From Amphiscolops sp. MND2022 (taxonomy: Eukaryota): 64,000 bases of DNA. The stretch covers positions 54,810,001 through 54,874,000 of the forward strand of contig OZ076409.1 of the NCBI GenBank assembly GCA_964187785.1, read 5' to 3'. The notes under the pieces were generated by a model, which saw only the letters and a list, made by a program, of their open reading frames with translations, was not told where the DNA came from and did no database searches. A program made the position numbers and the translations under genes. Below are positions 13,064 to 24,856 of the stretch, in pieces. Positions within the stretch are counted from its first letter, which is position 1. Each line of letters starts with the position of its first letter.

Positions 13064-16000
13064 TTAGGATTCATCAGAAGATTCGATCCTCATAGTACGT
13101 TTTCCCCGACGACTAGTTTTCACTAAACCGTCATCTGACAACTGATCTTCTTGATCGGCCGACCCACTAGCAACTAATGACAATACTAGCTTTTTGCCGC
13201 CTTGAGGTTTCCCTCCAGTTCGACGTCCTGTAGACGACGGCGTTTTCCTCCCACTACTCCTGCGAATGGCACCACGAGTCTTTGACGGTATGGCAGATTT
13301 AGAAGTAGTAGACGCAACCACATTAGTATCCTCTTTCGGCGTTTTCAATTTCACGTCAGATTGACTGCGAGGCCTTTTAGATTTACTTCCTGATCCTGAC
13401 GGCAGTGCAGTAAGTTTGGGAGAAGCACGGATAGGGCTAGCTGCCATGATCTCCATCACATTCAGCTGTCCGAGAATAGACGACCTGTAATCATCCACGA
13501 TAGGCACTACAGGTGCCTCGGGTCCTTTATCCAATAAGGCTACGCAAAATGATAAGCTCTGATCCAGCCCGACTTTCAGTAATTGGTCCCAGGGCTTGGC
13601 CCGAACACTATCGGACAGACGAGAGACTTGCATGTTCGTCGTCTCGGCAATACGCATTAGGCCACGCAAATCACAGCGTGATTTTCCAACGAAGGAATGT
13701 CCGAACCAACTACGAACTAAATGTAAGCTTGAAGCAAGTTCGTCAGGGTCCAAAGCGGTAGCGACGTCGTCAACAAACTCAGCCTGATAACTACTGACAA
13801 CAACCACACTGAGCACTAAGTCTACTATTTGGCGCAATTGAGCACACCGACTCCAATGAGGATAAAAAAGCCACATAGCAATCACATCGTCCACAGAAGG
13901 AAGCTCGTCCACACAAAACGACCACCGCTTCTTAAAGAATTGCGTGACTTCTCTGTACTGCTGCTGTACTACACCGCCGTCGTCCAGATCGACTAGTCCG
14001 TGGGCAGTCAAGACAGCACAGGTCTCCACTAATGAGTCCACACGACGATCATCCGAACCCTGGTGTATAAGCACTGGATCAAACGGTGTCAAACTCAGAT
14101 GCTTCGGCCAGGTCCGTTGCCATAATCCACTTAGCCCACGACACAAACCCACCAGCATCTTCTGTACTGCCTTGTAAAAGAAGGATAGTTGGGAACTGAT
14201 GTCGTAGCGGAAAAATTGCCCGAAATGTTTCCTGTACAGATGGGCATCGACATCCACACAATCAGAGTCAATAACTTGAATCAATGCTGTAATCTCGTAC
14301 TCTGCAGGAATACTGGTAACTGGGTAAATGAACCTCATTAATCCGCGCAATAAGTGAGCTAGTTCCCTCTACACAACAACGCCGTAGTCTCGACCACGTC
14401 CACACAGTCGAGGACAATGCTTCACCACTGCAAACAAAGTAAAGTACAATAGTAGCTTTAGCATCGCAAATGAGTCCTCACTACTACGACGGAAAAGATA
14501 ACACACACAAAAAAAACATCTTTTCTCCTCCCTTTATACAACTAATTGTCTCATACTCACTTAAATCCAAAACGAGCCGCAAGATAGCAAACCGAGGACG
14601 AATCATCGCGTCTTCCAACACTTGGACTTCCAGTGGAGTAATCGGCTGTAGTTCTGAGGTGACGTTTGGACGATGAGTCCCGAAATACAACGATAAATCA
14701 TTCCAGTACTCCAAAATTTCTGCACAGACGGATGCTAACTGAGTGATGTCCTCTCCACCGACACGTACACACTAGAACAACAGAAACAAAATTGCGTTTC
14801 ATAACCAACCTCCAAAGAGCTGTCCAAATACATAAAACCTTATACTACACTTAGCAACTCCAAAAAACAAAAAAAAACGAAGCTAAAGTCACAAATAGCG
14901 ACTTCAGCAAACTACTTGCATTACTTTATAACATATTCACCTGTCGTAACAACGGCAATCGATCCAAAAACGTCGCCTGGACTACAGGTAGCATTCTCAC
15001 ACGGAAGTATTCTAAGACACTGAGCGGGTCCAATCCTGAAAATTCCACCCGGAATTGCCTCTGCACCTCATTGAAAATTGACTTTGCTGTTAGCAGTCCA
15101 ACCACGAGAGGCGTCTTGGGAGCTACCATGCCCGCCACTGCTCTCCCAACGTGAGTCTCTCCCTCGACCGCCATTGTTTTTAGCAATGTTCTGTCCTTCA
15201 GACATGCAAGCAAGGGTACCACGTTGCCCAGCATCCTCTTCTCCCATCCAGTTCCATCAGCCACCAGAGCGAGTACCACCGATTTCACACCATGATTGCC
15301 GATGATGTGAAGCTCGCCACGCCACTGCTAGCCACTCCGACGGATGCTGACGCCAATACATGAACTCGCCTCCACAAGGGTATCCAACTGCTCCACAACA
15401 TACGGATAACACCCGTACAGTATCAGACTCTAAATAACAAATAACGTCCCGAACACAACGACATTAAAACTACAAAGCAACCCCAACAATCACATTATAC
15501 ATGATTTAACAACGCGGTACGACCCTCTACATGTCAAAGAAATATTATCTCAAATAACCTGACAACGCGCGTAGTCCAGCGTCCGGCACTCGAAATGTAG
15601 TTCATTCGCCATGCAACTTCGCCAGGCATCCATTGAATGGAGCACCCCCTCGATGGACCTCGCAACCAGGAAGCTAGATATAAAATTATTCAGCCACAGA
15701 TAACCCACACCATCGTCCGGCAAATGTGGTCGCGCCCCTTCTGTTGCCTCAGCTTCTTCAATAGCCATGCGTTCTTCGACTGTCAGGTTCAGGTCCGTTT
15801 CCATAAAAACTGGCGGTTCGGTAGAACGAGCAAGTCTGATCCGGCGGTCCTCATCTGCAGATACAGGCCTGCAGGACTTGTCTAGGAGCGGCCTGTGAGT
15901 CATTATCCTATATTTCTGCTCCAAACGGGTGTGCTCCACCCCCTTCCAATGATCCCACAGAGATGAGATCCCGCGCACCGCAATGCTCAGGTCCGCCCGG

Positions 16001-17447
16001 CATAGCGGATAACGAGCGTAACCATCAATCACTCTCTTGTTGCGAGGAAAACCAACGAAGGTCCCCACAACACTCGACACAAAATAAGAAGGTTTCAGCG
16101 TCTTGATCTTCTTAGCACGCGCTGGAACAAACAAGTGAAACTCAAAAAAAAACTTTTAAATCTTAGTATAGAGATGCCCTTGTAATCACTAAAATCTTTC
16201 CCCCTAAAACCCCCCTCATGATCTTATGAGATACTTACCAGGTGTAACACCAGCCGACTTCGCAACACTGGCCGGCCCGACCACAGCACTCTCGCCGAAC
16301 AATGATGGCGCGACTGACTGCTGCAAACTAGCAACTGAGTGAGTCACAGGGACAGCAGATCCAACCGACACTATCTCAGCAGGCAATGTAGGAGTCACAG
16401 GCACATCGTCTCCAGGGATGGCAACACGCAAACCACTGACAGGTTTCAATTGAGATACAGCCGAGACCAATCGCTGAACGAAATCGTCCACAGCTACCGC
16501 TCCCACAGTGCCTAACCGACCCAGGGTGGATTCAACTGTTGCCTTGACAACACCAGCCAACTCCTTTTCCAACCGAGTAATTGCAGCCACCACAGTGTCG
16601 ACACTCAAAGCGGAATCACTCGCGACACCTGGAATAAATTACAAAGGATAAACAATGCTGTCACCATACATACGTCACCCCTAACAATAACCTCTCCAAC
16701 ATTACCCTTATGTCAGTGCAAATCAAGGGACGACTGTCATACGGTACTACCAGTAGAAGATTGAAATGATGCCTATCTTACGCCATAACATACAGAAGAT
16801 ACCAGGTTGTTCACTTACCACTCTGAGTGAAGCAGTAATCCCTGAGCCCGGATTCGCACGCACCCACACTCGGTTCATCACCTGACGACGCTCTAGACTG
16901 TAGCATCCGCCGCAACCTGGCAACAATATCGGTCATATTCAAGGATTCTACAACACACATGGGGAAAAATCGGCCAGACAGTTAATCGGCTTAAAACAAA
17001 CGTTCCAACAATTTACCCAAGGTAATAGGTCCAGGGAAGAGCCTACAGAGTGCCGCTCAATAATCATATCCTGCATTAACGATGCTATGCACACACACAC
17101 ATTACCTTGATGAGTTCCGAAGTTAAACACAAATGACAAATGCCTGCCCTTATCAACAGACCATCAATACAAAGAAAACAATACGAAAACGTTTTGGAGT
17201 ACTCACGGAATTCACTAGAGAGAGCTATTTCGAGTAATGTAGTAGCGGTTTCCACATTGGCTTCATCTACTCGACCGGCATACTGACAACATACCGACTG
17301 AGTCGCACCCTCTAGTAATTCGTCCACTGATGCAACGAGACCTTCCTCGTCCGACAAATGGTCCAAACTAGACAGCTCAGCTAACGCTCCTTCTGCCGCT
17401 TCTACTAATGATGCAACCTCTCCTTCCGATAATTCTCCAGCGGCCAT
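13064..17447 (-). pseudogene. Antisense spliced zinc-finger / hAT-like cargo gene of element A (decayed)
   Basis: Predicted exons 17447-17207, (uncertain ~16916-16819), 16628-16239, 16121-15559, 15429-14941, 14771-14561, 14427-13064, with GT..AG introns. Premature TAG at 15328-15330 and 14369-14371. Alignable by eye to the element B cargo protein. Confidence 0.75.
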
Positions 17448-18354
17448 TTTTAACAAATAATCAAGAACAATCAATAACGAATGTCAAAGCATACAAACAA
17501 TCTCTGGAAAAAATTTGCGATCTACCAGGTTTCAGCAGCTATCGTTATACAGAATGAGGATTGATCACCCTTATCACCTGGAAATGATAGCCTACAACCC
17601 ACGTCAAAGAGAAATTTGATGAAAAATTTACTCGAAATACAACCATTTTGACCACCCTACCAATCAAAGAACCACAAGGTTCGAATTTCACAAATCGCTA
17701 AGTTTCTCCGGAGAAAGGAAAACTTTATGCACAAAACTTCCTGATGTAATCCCCATCCTGAACGATTCAAAAATGACCATTTTGATTGGCTCACTTCCAT
17801 CTGGTATACCGCTCAACAACTTACAGCAATTCCAACTAACAACAGTTCTATCGTGACAAATGGTTTAATTCATTCACTCAGTTTTGGCAGCTACGGAAAT
17901 TTGTTTACATAACGCGCGATATTCCACTGCATCTTACTTCCGAACAGTTACCGAATGAGCCGAGTTATTACAATTGCGCTGCCACGCTATTGTTTTCCGG
18001 CGACGACATTCTTACTCTTACTCTCTTCCTGCAAACAACGCGCACGATTTGGATGACGTGGCTACTCTCGCCACATTGACTCTATATTTACTCTTGACCG
18101 AAGTGAAATACTCGACGCGCAGCTAACAATTCCTCCCCCATCCGAGATGAAGTATTAAAACCATCCGATTATTTTCAACCATGACGTCAATACACTACCG
18201 ATGATGCAGTTGTCATGACAACGTCGCTGCTACTTCCGATTAATAACCAACAAGAAATCAACTTTGCTAATTGACACACAAAACTCAGCTCCCCCCACTC
18301 AGCTGTAAATACAAACCATCCCGACCACAAGCTCTTTTCAAAAAAGACCCGGAG

Positions 18355-19510
18355 TGTCATGCCTGACGCATGAATATCCCGAATGATCTTGATTACACTA
18401 CATCCAGGGAAAGAATACCATTAGACGAAAACACGTTTGTAAACTGAAAGAGAATGTAGTTGAGGAAACAACATCCGGCAAAATAAACTTAAACAACTAC
18501 ATGCATCCACCACATTTTATCCCGAGCAAACTCCAACCATTTAATAACTATAACCAGCCCCTTTTCACATATACTTGTAAAATCATATTCATAACATTTA
18601 GTCGATGATATTGTTAATGTACCGTCATTTGATTTTATTTTACCAATTCCATAACATTTAGTCAATGATGTAGTCAAAATACCATCACTAAGTTTACTTC
18701 ATCCACTTCGGTATTCACAAGTATAATCAGTACCATCACCTAACCAGTTAACTATATGTGTAGCGTCATTAACATTACAGTGCATTACTAAATACATATA
18801 TAGAGTAAACATATTATTACAGTGCTATGATGTGCATATGTTACCATCATTATATTAACGATCATACCAAATTTGAGTCATGTAACCATAGCAACATAAT
18901 TACACACCATTTCTACTTTTCAACAAATTTAGACGCCAATTGCGCAATTACATACCAAGGTGCGAACGAATATCGTAACATGATTGGTCGATGTGGTCAC
19001 GTGACCAGCATCGCCATATTTGACACAAAGTGAATTGGCGCTGCCATTGGAACATAGTTATACCTTGACGTGCAGTTACTAACGACATACCAGAAATTCG
19101 CAATAATTCAACTTCATACTTTTGCTAAAACAAACCTTCTTCAGAACAATAAAATCTTAAAACTCAATTACTATTAAAAATGGTTGATACTCGATCCCCA
19201 GCTAGAAGCTCTATCCCAGAATTTATGAGTGGAGTAAGCAGAAATGACCAACTCAGCGACACTGAAAGTGAGTGTAGCGTACCAGACCTCCTATCGAGAG
19301 ATCAAATCGACGAACTAGACAGAGGGAATGTCATCCGTACTGAACAACCTTCCGAACAAATGACAATTGATCAACGATTCTCGAATATGAACAAGCAAAT
19401 CAGTGAACTTACTGGATTAGTTTTGGCCTTAACCGATAAGCTATCCTCCAATATTGGAGAAGGGAACAATCAAAACACAGCGTCTGACAAGACCTGTGCA
19501 CGTTCCGACA
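18355..19510 (+). repeat. 3' LTR of element A
   Basis: Direct repeat of 4230-5385 (offset 14125). Preceded by an imperfect purine tract AAAAAAGACCCGGAG. Confidence 0.95.
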
Positions 19511-19553
19511 ACCAGAACGATATTCTCTGTTTTTTGGTCAAAATAAAAGAAAC

Positions 19554-19930
19554 TGTTACGACTTACTTGCGGGGTGTTGTTTTGAGCAGTCGTTTTAGTT
19601 CTTTTAGGAGTTGACGTAGGACCAAAAAAAGTGTTTTCAGTTTCAGAATCAAACTCTTCTATACTTTGCGGGTCTTGTTTGCAGATCGAACTATCAATTT
19701 GAGCATTTTTTGGTTTTCTGCTAATTTTTTGGTCGATCAGAACTAATTTCCTGCCAGACGGACGTTTTGATCTCGTCCAAGTCTCCAGTGTGGAATCTAG
19801 GATATTTGCTAGGACCAGCAACTAGGTTTTCAACAGTATTTGTTTCAGTTACTGACGTCTCAAAGTCAGCAGAGACTAGTTAATTTTACTGCTTTCCTCT
19901 TCTGACTTCCGGTTGTTATTTTCGCTTAGG
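19554..19930 (-). mobile_element. Old LTR remnant of the same lineage with decayed Gag N-terminus (right limit uncertain)
   Basis: Ends ..AGTCGTAACA like the B and C LTRs. Minus-strand translation across stops/shifts gives TGSQKRK..NLVAGPSKYPR..QKMLKL..TPQVSRN, resembling B Gag TRSQKRR..VAGPSNPKSPR..QKEMLKL..PTICRN. No PBS follows. Confidence 0.7.
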
Positions 19931-21259
19931 ACAAAAGAGTTCTAGATAATTTCGAATTTTTTACTGAAAATGTTTACAAAATTGATGCACCAAGAAACTA
20001 CTGATAACTGCACTTATATTAACAAAGAAACAAAATTATATCTTCGCAACATGATTTGTTCCTCACCTAAAAATTCAAAGCAATCGGAATTTTATTAAAA
20101 TAAGGTATCAAAATAATAGGACTAGTTCACCAAGAAACTTGGTGATTCATACTAATTCAGTCTGGCATCTAAAATTCAGTTCTGAAAATTCATGGTCGCG
20201 TCTACCAAACGTCACGTAAATTTATAGTCCGTTTGAATTTTGGCAATGAATGCACCCTACACGTGAACAAGTACTCAATTCGTAACAAAAACATCGGGAA
20301 ATTTGGTATGAAAATGATGACGTGCAATGATTACTGCGACTGAGACGAAAGAATGGCTGTTTTTGAGAAAATTGGAAAGGAACAAGAACACTGGAGATTT
20401 AAACTTTGTACCACAAATATGCTTGAATAAAACAAAGATACTCAAATTGATGTAGTTTCATCATGATTAAATACACACTACAACATTTGCACCCTTTTTG
20501 CTAGAAAAATCGTTAAGTAAAAATGCAGCAAAGACTTGACGACCAACAAACAATTCAATTTACATATTTGAACAACCTTTTCGGATAGCAGTGTGAAACA
20601 ACAACTACCTTCAGTTGACGTCGACTTTACGTCACACACGTATTTTAGAGTGGCATGTTGAGCTATTCAAAATTAAAAAATTGGACGTTTCGTTGAAAAC
20701 TAGTGAAAAACTCTAATGTGGCGTTTCTAAAGTGACTTTGTAGTTTGATTCGGGATGTGGATCATACAGCACTTTAAGTGAATATGCTCGATGAACGAGA
20801 AATAAGTTCATACTATGTCTTACGAAACAGCTTTATCGAATGATTGAAATGCACATTAGCTCGTTTTTATGTTTCTTATGAATCAGTCTAGTTTCCTAGG
20901 AGGAAACTCTTTTTGGTCGGAAAGCTAGCACACAGGTTGAGCCCTCCTTTAGGTTTGAGGTAGCGTTGACGTTTGTACTAAGATTGGCCATAATTGACGA
21001 ACGACTGACTTAGATATTTCTTCAAGCTTCTCAAAATCCATTCCTATTCTATTACTAGTTACGTCACATAAATTATTGCTATTGGCTTGAGAACGGTGGG
21101 ATAGTTCCAGTAGTGATGCTATTGGTTCCTTATGCTGGCAAAGCTGAGTTTTGATTTTGTCTTAAGACGTACCTTGCGTCGCAAATATTTTTTAGAATGC
21201 ATTCTTGTAATCCGAGTAGCTTCAACAACTGTCTTGCTATGATATTCAAGTATTGTTTG

Positions 21260-23770
21260 TGTTACGACATATTGTCGGGTCGTTTTGAGTAGAACTTATT
21301 CTTACTGATTTTGTTGGAGTATAGAAACTTCTAGTTTCTTCCTCTACCTCTTCTTCGGTATTTTCTCTAATGATCCCTCTTGTTTCAGGTTTCAAGAGTT
21401 TTAACATCTCCTTCTGGGATTCGATAAGAAGATTCTTAATTTCCGAAGTTATTTCCTCTTTCAAAGAGGCTCTCAAACTTTCTAAGAGACTATTCTCAAT
21501 CCGGGGGGATTTTGGATTGGAAGGTCCCGCTACCTCATCGTCCTGGTTCAAAGGACAAGAATTTCCTACCACTATAGGTGAAATCAGGCCTTCACTTACG
21601 TTCTCACTGGTGCTTTGCTGATCATTTCTTCTTTTTTGGCTTCTCGTTGTAGACATTTTGTAGAAAAGTTTGGATTTGAAGAATTGAATTTCTTTCAAAT
21701 ATTTTCTGACAAAAGTAGAATAAGGTGAGAGTGAAATTGAGAATTCGACTGAATTATACAATTACTAAGGACTGAGTCCCTCAATCATCAAATCCTATCA
21801 TATTTATACCCTCTTAGCATCATTTGATCACGATCATAATCCCTAATTTCCTTCGAACAATTAGTCATTTCCTGTTTTATCGATGAAAAAATCACGAAGT
21901 TCCCAAATTTGCGCTGACATTCCGTCAAATTTTAAGACACGGCAAACCTAATCTAGCATTAGTCATCAACCGTAATCATATTATTTCAGCTCGGCGTCCT
22001 TTTATTTCCTCCCAAGCAGGAAGTAGATATTACTTCAGTCTGTCAAACCGGAAATGATTCCCTGTTTTACTGCTTTGGTTCGCGGGAAATTGACGCTGAG
22101 ATGACGCCGGCATGAACAACTAATGCCTGAATTTTGATATTTTGCTCGAGAAAAATGCTATGACTAATGTTTTCAGCCCTATAATTTCCAATGATGCTAA
22201 AGAGGAAGGAGAAACAAGCTCAAAGAATTAGCAACAATCTCAAATTAGTTTCAAATTAAATGATTAACGATTAACAAAATAAAGCAACGACACATTGGCG
22301 TTTGGTGGATTGATGGACTAGGTTGTCTGAATCAGACTTTTGTCCAAATTTATTAATACTTCACTTACAAATAGCGTCTAATATCATTTTAGCGCTTATT
22401 TGGTAAATATGCATAATACTCTGTCAACAGATTTTAACTTGTACATGAAATAGTAATCTTGAACAAAACATCTGACGGTATGAGGACGGCACTTCATGGA
22501 ACCTCTGAACAGGCAAGAGTCCAAAACCTTCTAACACCAGATTCCATTCATTACAGAACGCACAAATGTAATACAAACATTTACTCTTGATTCATCCACG
22601 TTAGGGTTAGAATAATGCACATTCTGATTAGGGGGTGACGACGTACCGACGTCCAATTAAACAACAAGGTTGTAGCACACACTTTATGCAGTACAAAAGT
22701 ACAAATGTATGAAAATATATTTCCAATATGAAAATATCATCGAATTACTTTCGTCATGCCCATAAACTGTGACTTTCACCTACATTATACTGGGACTTCC
22801 ATTTCAACTTAAATTTTGGAGTAAAATTTATCCGACAAAGGAAATATTTGACGAAAACGTGGCATGGGACTCCAAATTCCCTTTTAATTATTTTGTTGGA
22901 ACACCAAGTACTTTAAACGTATTCCTAGCCCTAATTCAATTTGATTGATATTCATCATAACTTCTGGGTGGATTAAAACAACTCGTCTTGATGGAATTTG
23001 GACGTACCGTGGACGTACGTATTAGTATTAGGCCTGGTCCAACATAGTGGACGTAACGCGGACGTAAATTTGACGTAGAATTAGTCCTCGCCGAGAAGGC
23101 AATGCCGTGACGTCACTATGGCGGAAAATTGGAATGATTTCAAGTAGTGTATCTAATATAGGCGGTAAATTGGAATGGTTCTCTAGTGAGCGTGGACGAA
23201 ACGGTGACGTCACGCTGTATACTTTCAAGTCTGCTTCTTACCGACATCTAATATACATGTATCCTTTATTTTGTTTACTTAACGCAGTACCGACGTCCTA
23301 ATCCGCACTAATTGCTGTTCAAAGTGCAATTAAGCTGCCTTTCTTAGAAAAGGAGTGGATATCTCAGTGTGTCATCTCAATGTAGTTTCTATTTTAGATT
23401 CAGATAATGTCCTTTTTTCAACGGTGGTTTTGGGTATATTTCTATTTAGATCGGTCTATGGTCTTTATTTCATTGCGAGTTTTAATTTAGTTTTCAGGTG
23501 GCGAATGTTTCTATTTTGGCGTACTAAGGACGTCCTACCGGATGTGCGTGAAATCATCTTATTTCAATTTTAATTTCATTTCTCATTTTTGTTTAAACTT
23601 TTCGTGAGTTGGGCGTTCGTTTTCGTATTCTTAGTCACAGTTTATTCTAAGGATAAGGTTTTAAAGTTACCAGTTGAAGTAAGATCTGGGGAATCTCAGA
23701 TTGCCTCCGTGACCTCTCCCGATCTTCAGTCGTCTGCAACCACAAGCCAGACCGGGAGCGGGCTGTGACA
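21260..23770 (-). repeat. 3' LTR of element B (2511 bp)
   Basis: Direct repeat of 34987-37497 (offset 13727). Minus-strand termini TGTCACA...GTAACA. Confidence 0.95.
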
Positions 23771-24365
23771 GGGCCGCTCCTGTAGGAAGATTGACTTTGC
23801 CCGGGGCTCTGAGTTGCGAGGCAATTGTCAGAGTAGTGGTGACTGGCTGTACTCTCTTCTCCAAATCGTTCAAAGGACTTGGCTGCAAGAAGTTTATCAT
23901 CCTTGGCGTTCCCGGCGGGGTGTTGAAGTAAGAAGAGGCGTCTTCCTGGTGCACTTTTTCGAGATATTCTGCTACTTTACTGCTCGTTGTCGATTCTTTA
24001 TCGTCTGCCGAGGGTTCAACAACAAATATATCAGATGACAAACTTTCGTCAGGGCTCTCTGGAGAGTCGGCCATTACTTCTTCTTCGGGACTTTCCGATT
24101 GTGGGTATTGACCTGATTCCACAGTTTCAAAGCTCGTGCTGAGTTTCATCCTTTTGCATTCAGCTTCCAGAGAGTCCAGAGAGAGGTCGAGGAATTCTTC
24201 CTCATCTGCAGTAGCTTCCGCAGACGAATTCATTATTTCAACAATTATTCTAGGGTATTCTTTGTTGACTCTAGGTAGTGGTGTAGAAGCCCTCGTGATC
24301 TCACCCTCTTCTTCACTTGACGACGAGATGTCGATCAATTCGTAAATATCCAGTAGATTATTCAT
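23667..24365 (-). CDS. 232-aa acidic, Ser/Glu-rich accessory protein in the env position, overlapping the 3' LTR by 104 nt
   Basis: Open ATG..TAA ORF with no signal peptide or TM segment. SIM-like motifs ELIDISSSSEEE and EEFLDLS. C-terminal ALSQPAPGLACGCR is echoed by ALSQSAPGLDCGCR in element C (ORF 55311-55514). Confidence 0.6.
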   Translation of the reverse strand: MNNLLDIYELIDISSSSEEEGEITRASTPLPRVNKEYPRIIVEIMNSSAEATADEEEFLDLSLDSLEAECKRMKLSTSFETVESGQYPQSESPEEEVMADSPESPDESLSSDIFVVEPSADDKESTTSSKVAEYLEKVHQEDASSYFNTPPGTPRMINFLQPSPLNDLEKRVQPVTTTLTIASQLRAPGKVNLPTGAALSQPAPGLACGCRRLKIGRGHGGNLRFPRSYFNW

Positions 24366-24518
24366 TTTCTTTGCGAGGTTTCTTTCTTTTGCAGCTGTCG
24401 CTTGTATTTAATTGTTCCACAATGAATTTGGGATTAATTAGGATTAAGGAGAATATTGGGATAAATCCCTCCATTCTGATTGGTTAAACAATCGTTTTAA
24501 TCCTTTTTAATCTTCAGG

Positions 24519-24824
24519 TGTTGACGCTGTGCCGGCGTCGTTTTTTATTGGCTGCGAATTGAATTAATCCGCTTGGCCAAGTTTGTCAACGTTATGCTGA
24601 CGTCAATTTCGTTAGCTTAGCTAACTTTTGTTTTGTCACCGTTATGATGACGTCATTGTAGATTATAGGATTAATTTTCCAACCCTCATAACCTTTTTGT
24701 CGACGTTATGCCGACGTCATTTTCGTCGATATTTCAATCGATCTATAGTGCCGACGTTATGCCGGCGTCAGTTTCGTTGGTGAATAGCCAACTTTTAGGT
24801 TTTGTCACCGTTATGATGACGTCA
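24519..24824. promoter_or_regulatory. Array of six 22-bp repeats (approx. TGTCRMCGTTATGMYGACGTCA) in a putative bidirectional promoter
   Basis: Copies start at 24519, 24584, 24634, 24698, 24749, 24803; spacers 28-43 bp. Three copies end in a perfect TGACGTCA (CRE). ATTGG (CCAAT) boxes near 24479 and 24547. Lies between two divergent ORFs. Confidence 0.7.
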
Positions 24825-24856
24825 TTTTTGGGCTTATTTTCAGATTGTCCTTTGTG

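Larger units (their letters stand above)
4230..19510 (+). mobile_element. Element A: full-length decayed Ty3/Gypsy LTR retrotransposon (15.3 kb) with antisense cargo gene
   Basis: TG..CA LTRs 4230-5385 and 18355-19510. TSD CCCAG (4225-4229) / ACCAG (19511-19515), 4/5 match. PBS present; order gag then PR-RT-RH-IN. Confidence 0.95.

Noticed and set aside
19561..19821. Host exon ending in a GTAAGT donor
   Set aside because: Better explained as the decayed Gag-coding end of an LTR (..AGTCGTAACA).
23667..24365. env gene
   Set aside because: In the env position, but no signal peptide, TM helix, furin site or Cys-rich ectodomain.
24519..24824. CRISPR array (22-bp repeats with 28-43-bp spacers)
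   Set aside because: Eukaryotic retrotransposon context, no cas genes, degenerate repeats, and two spacers are related to each other by duplication.
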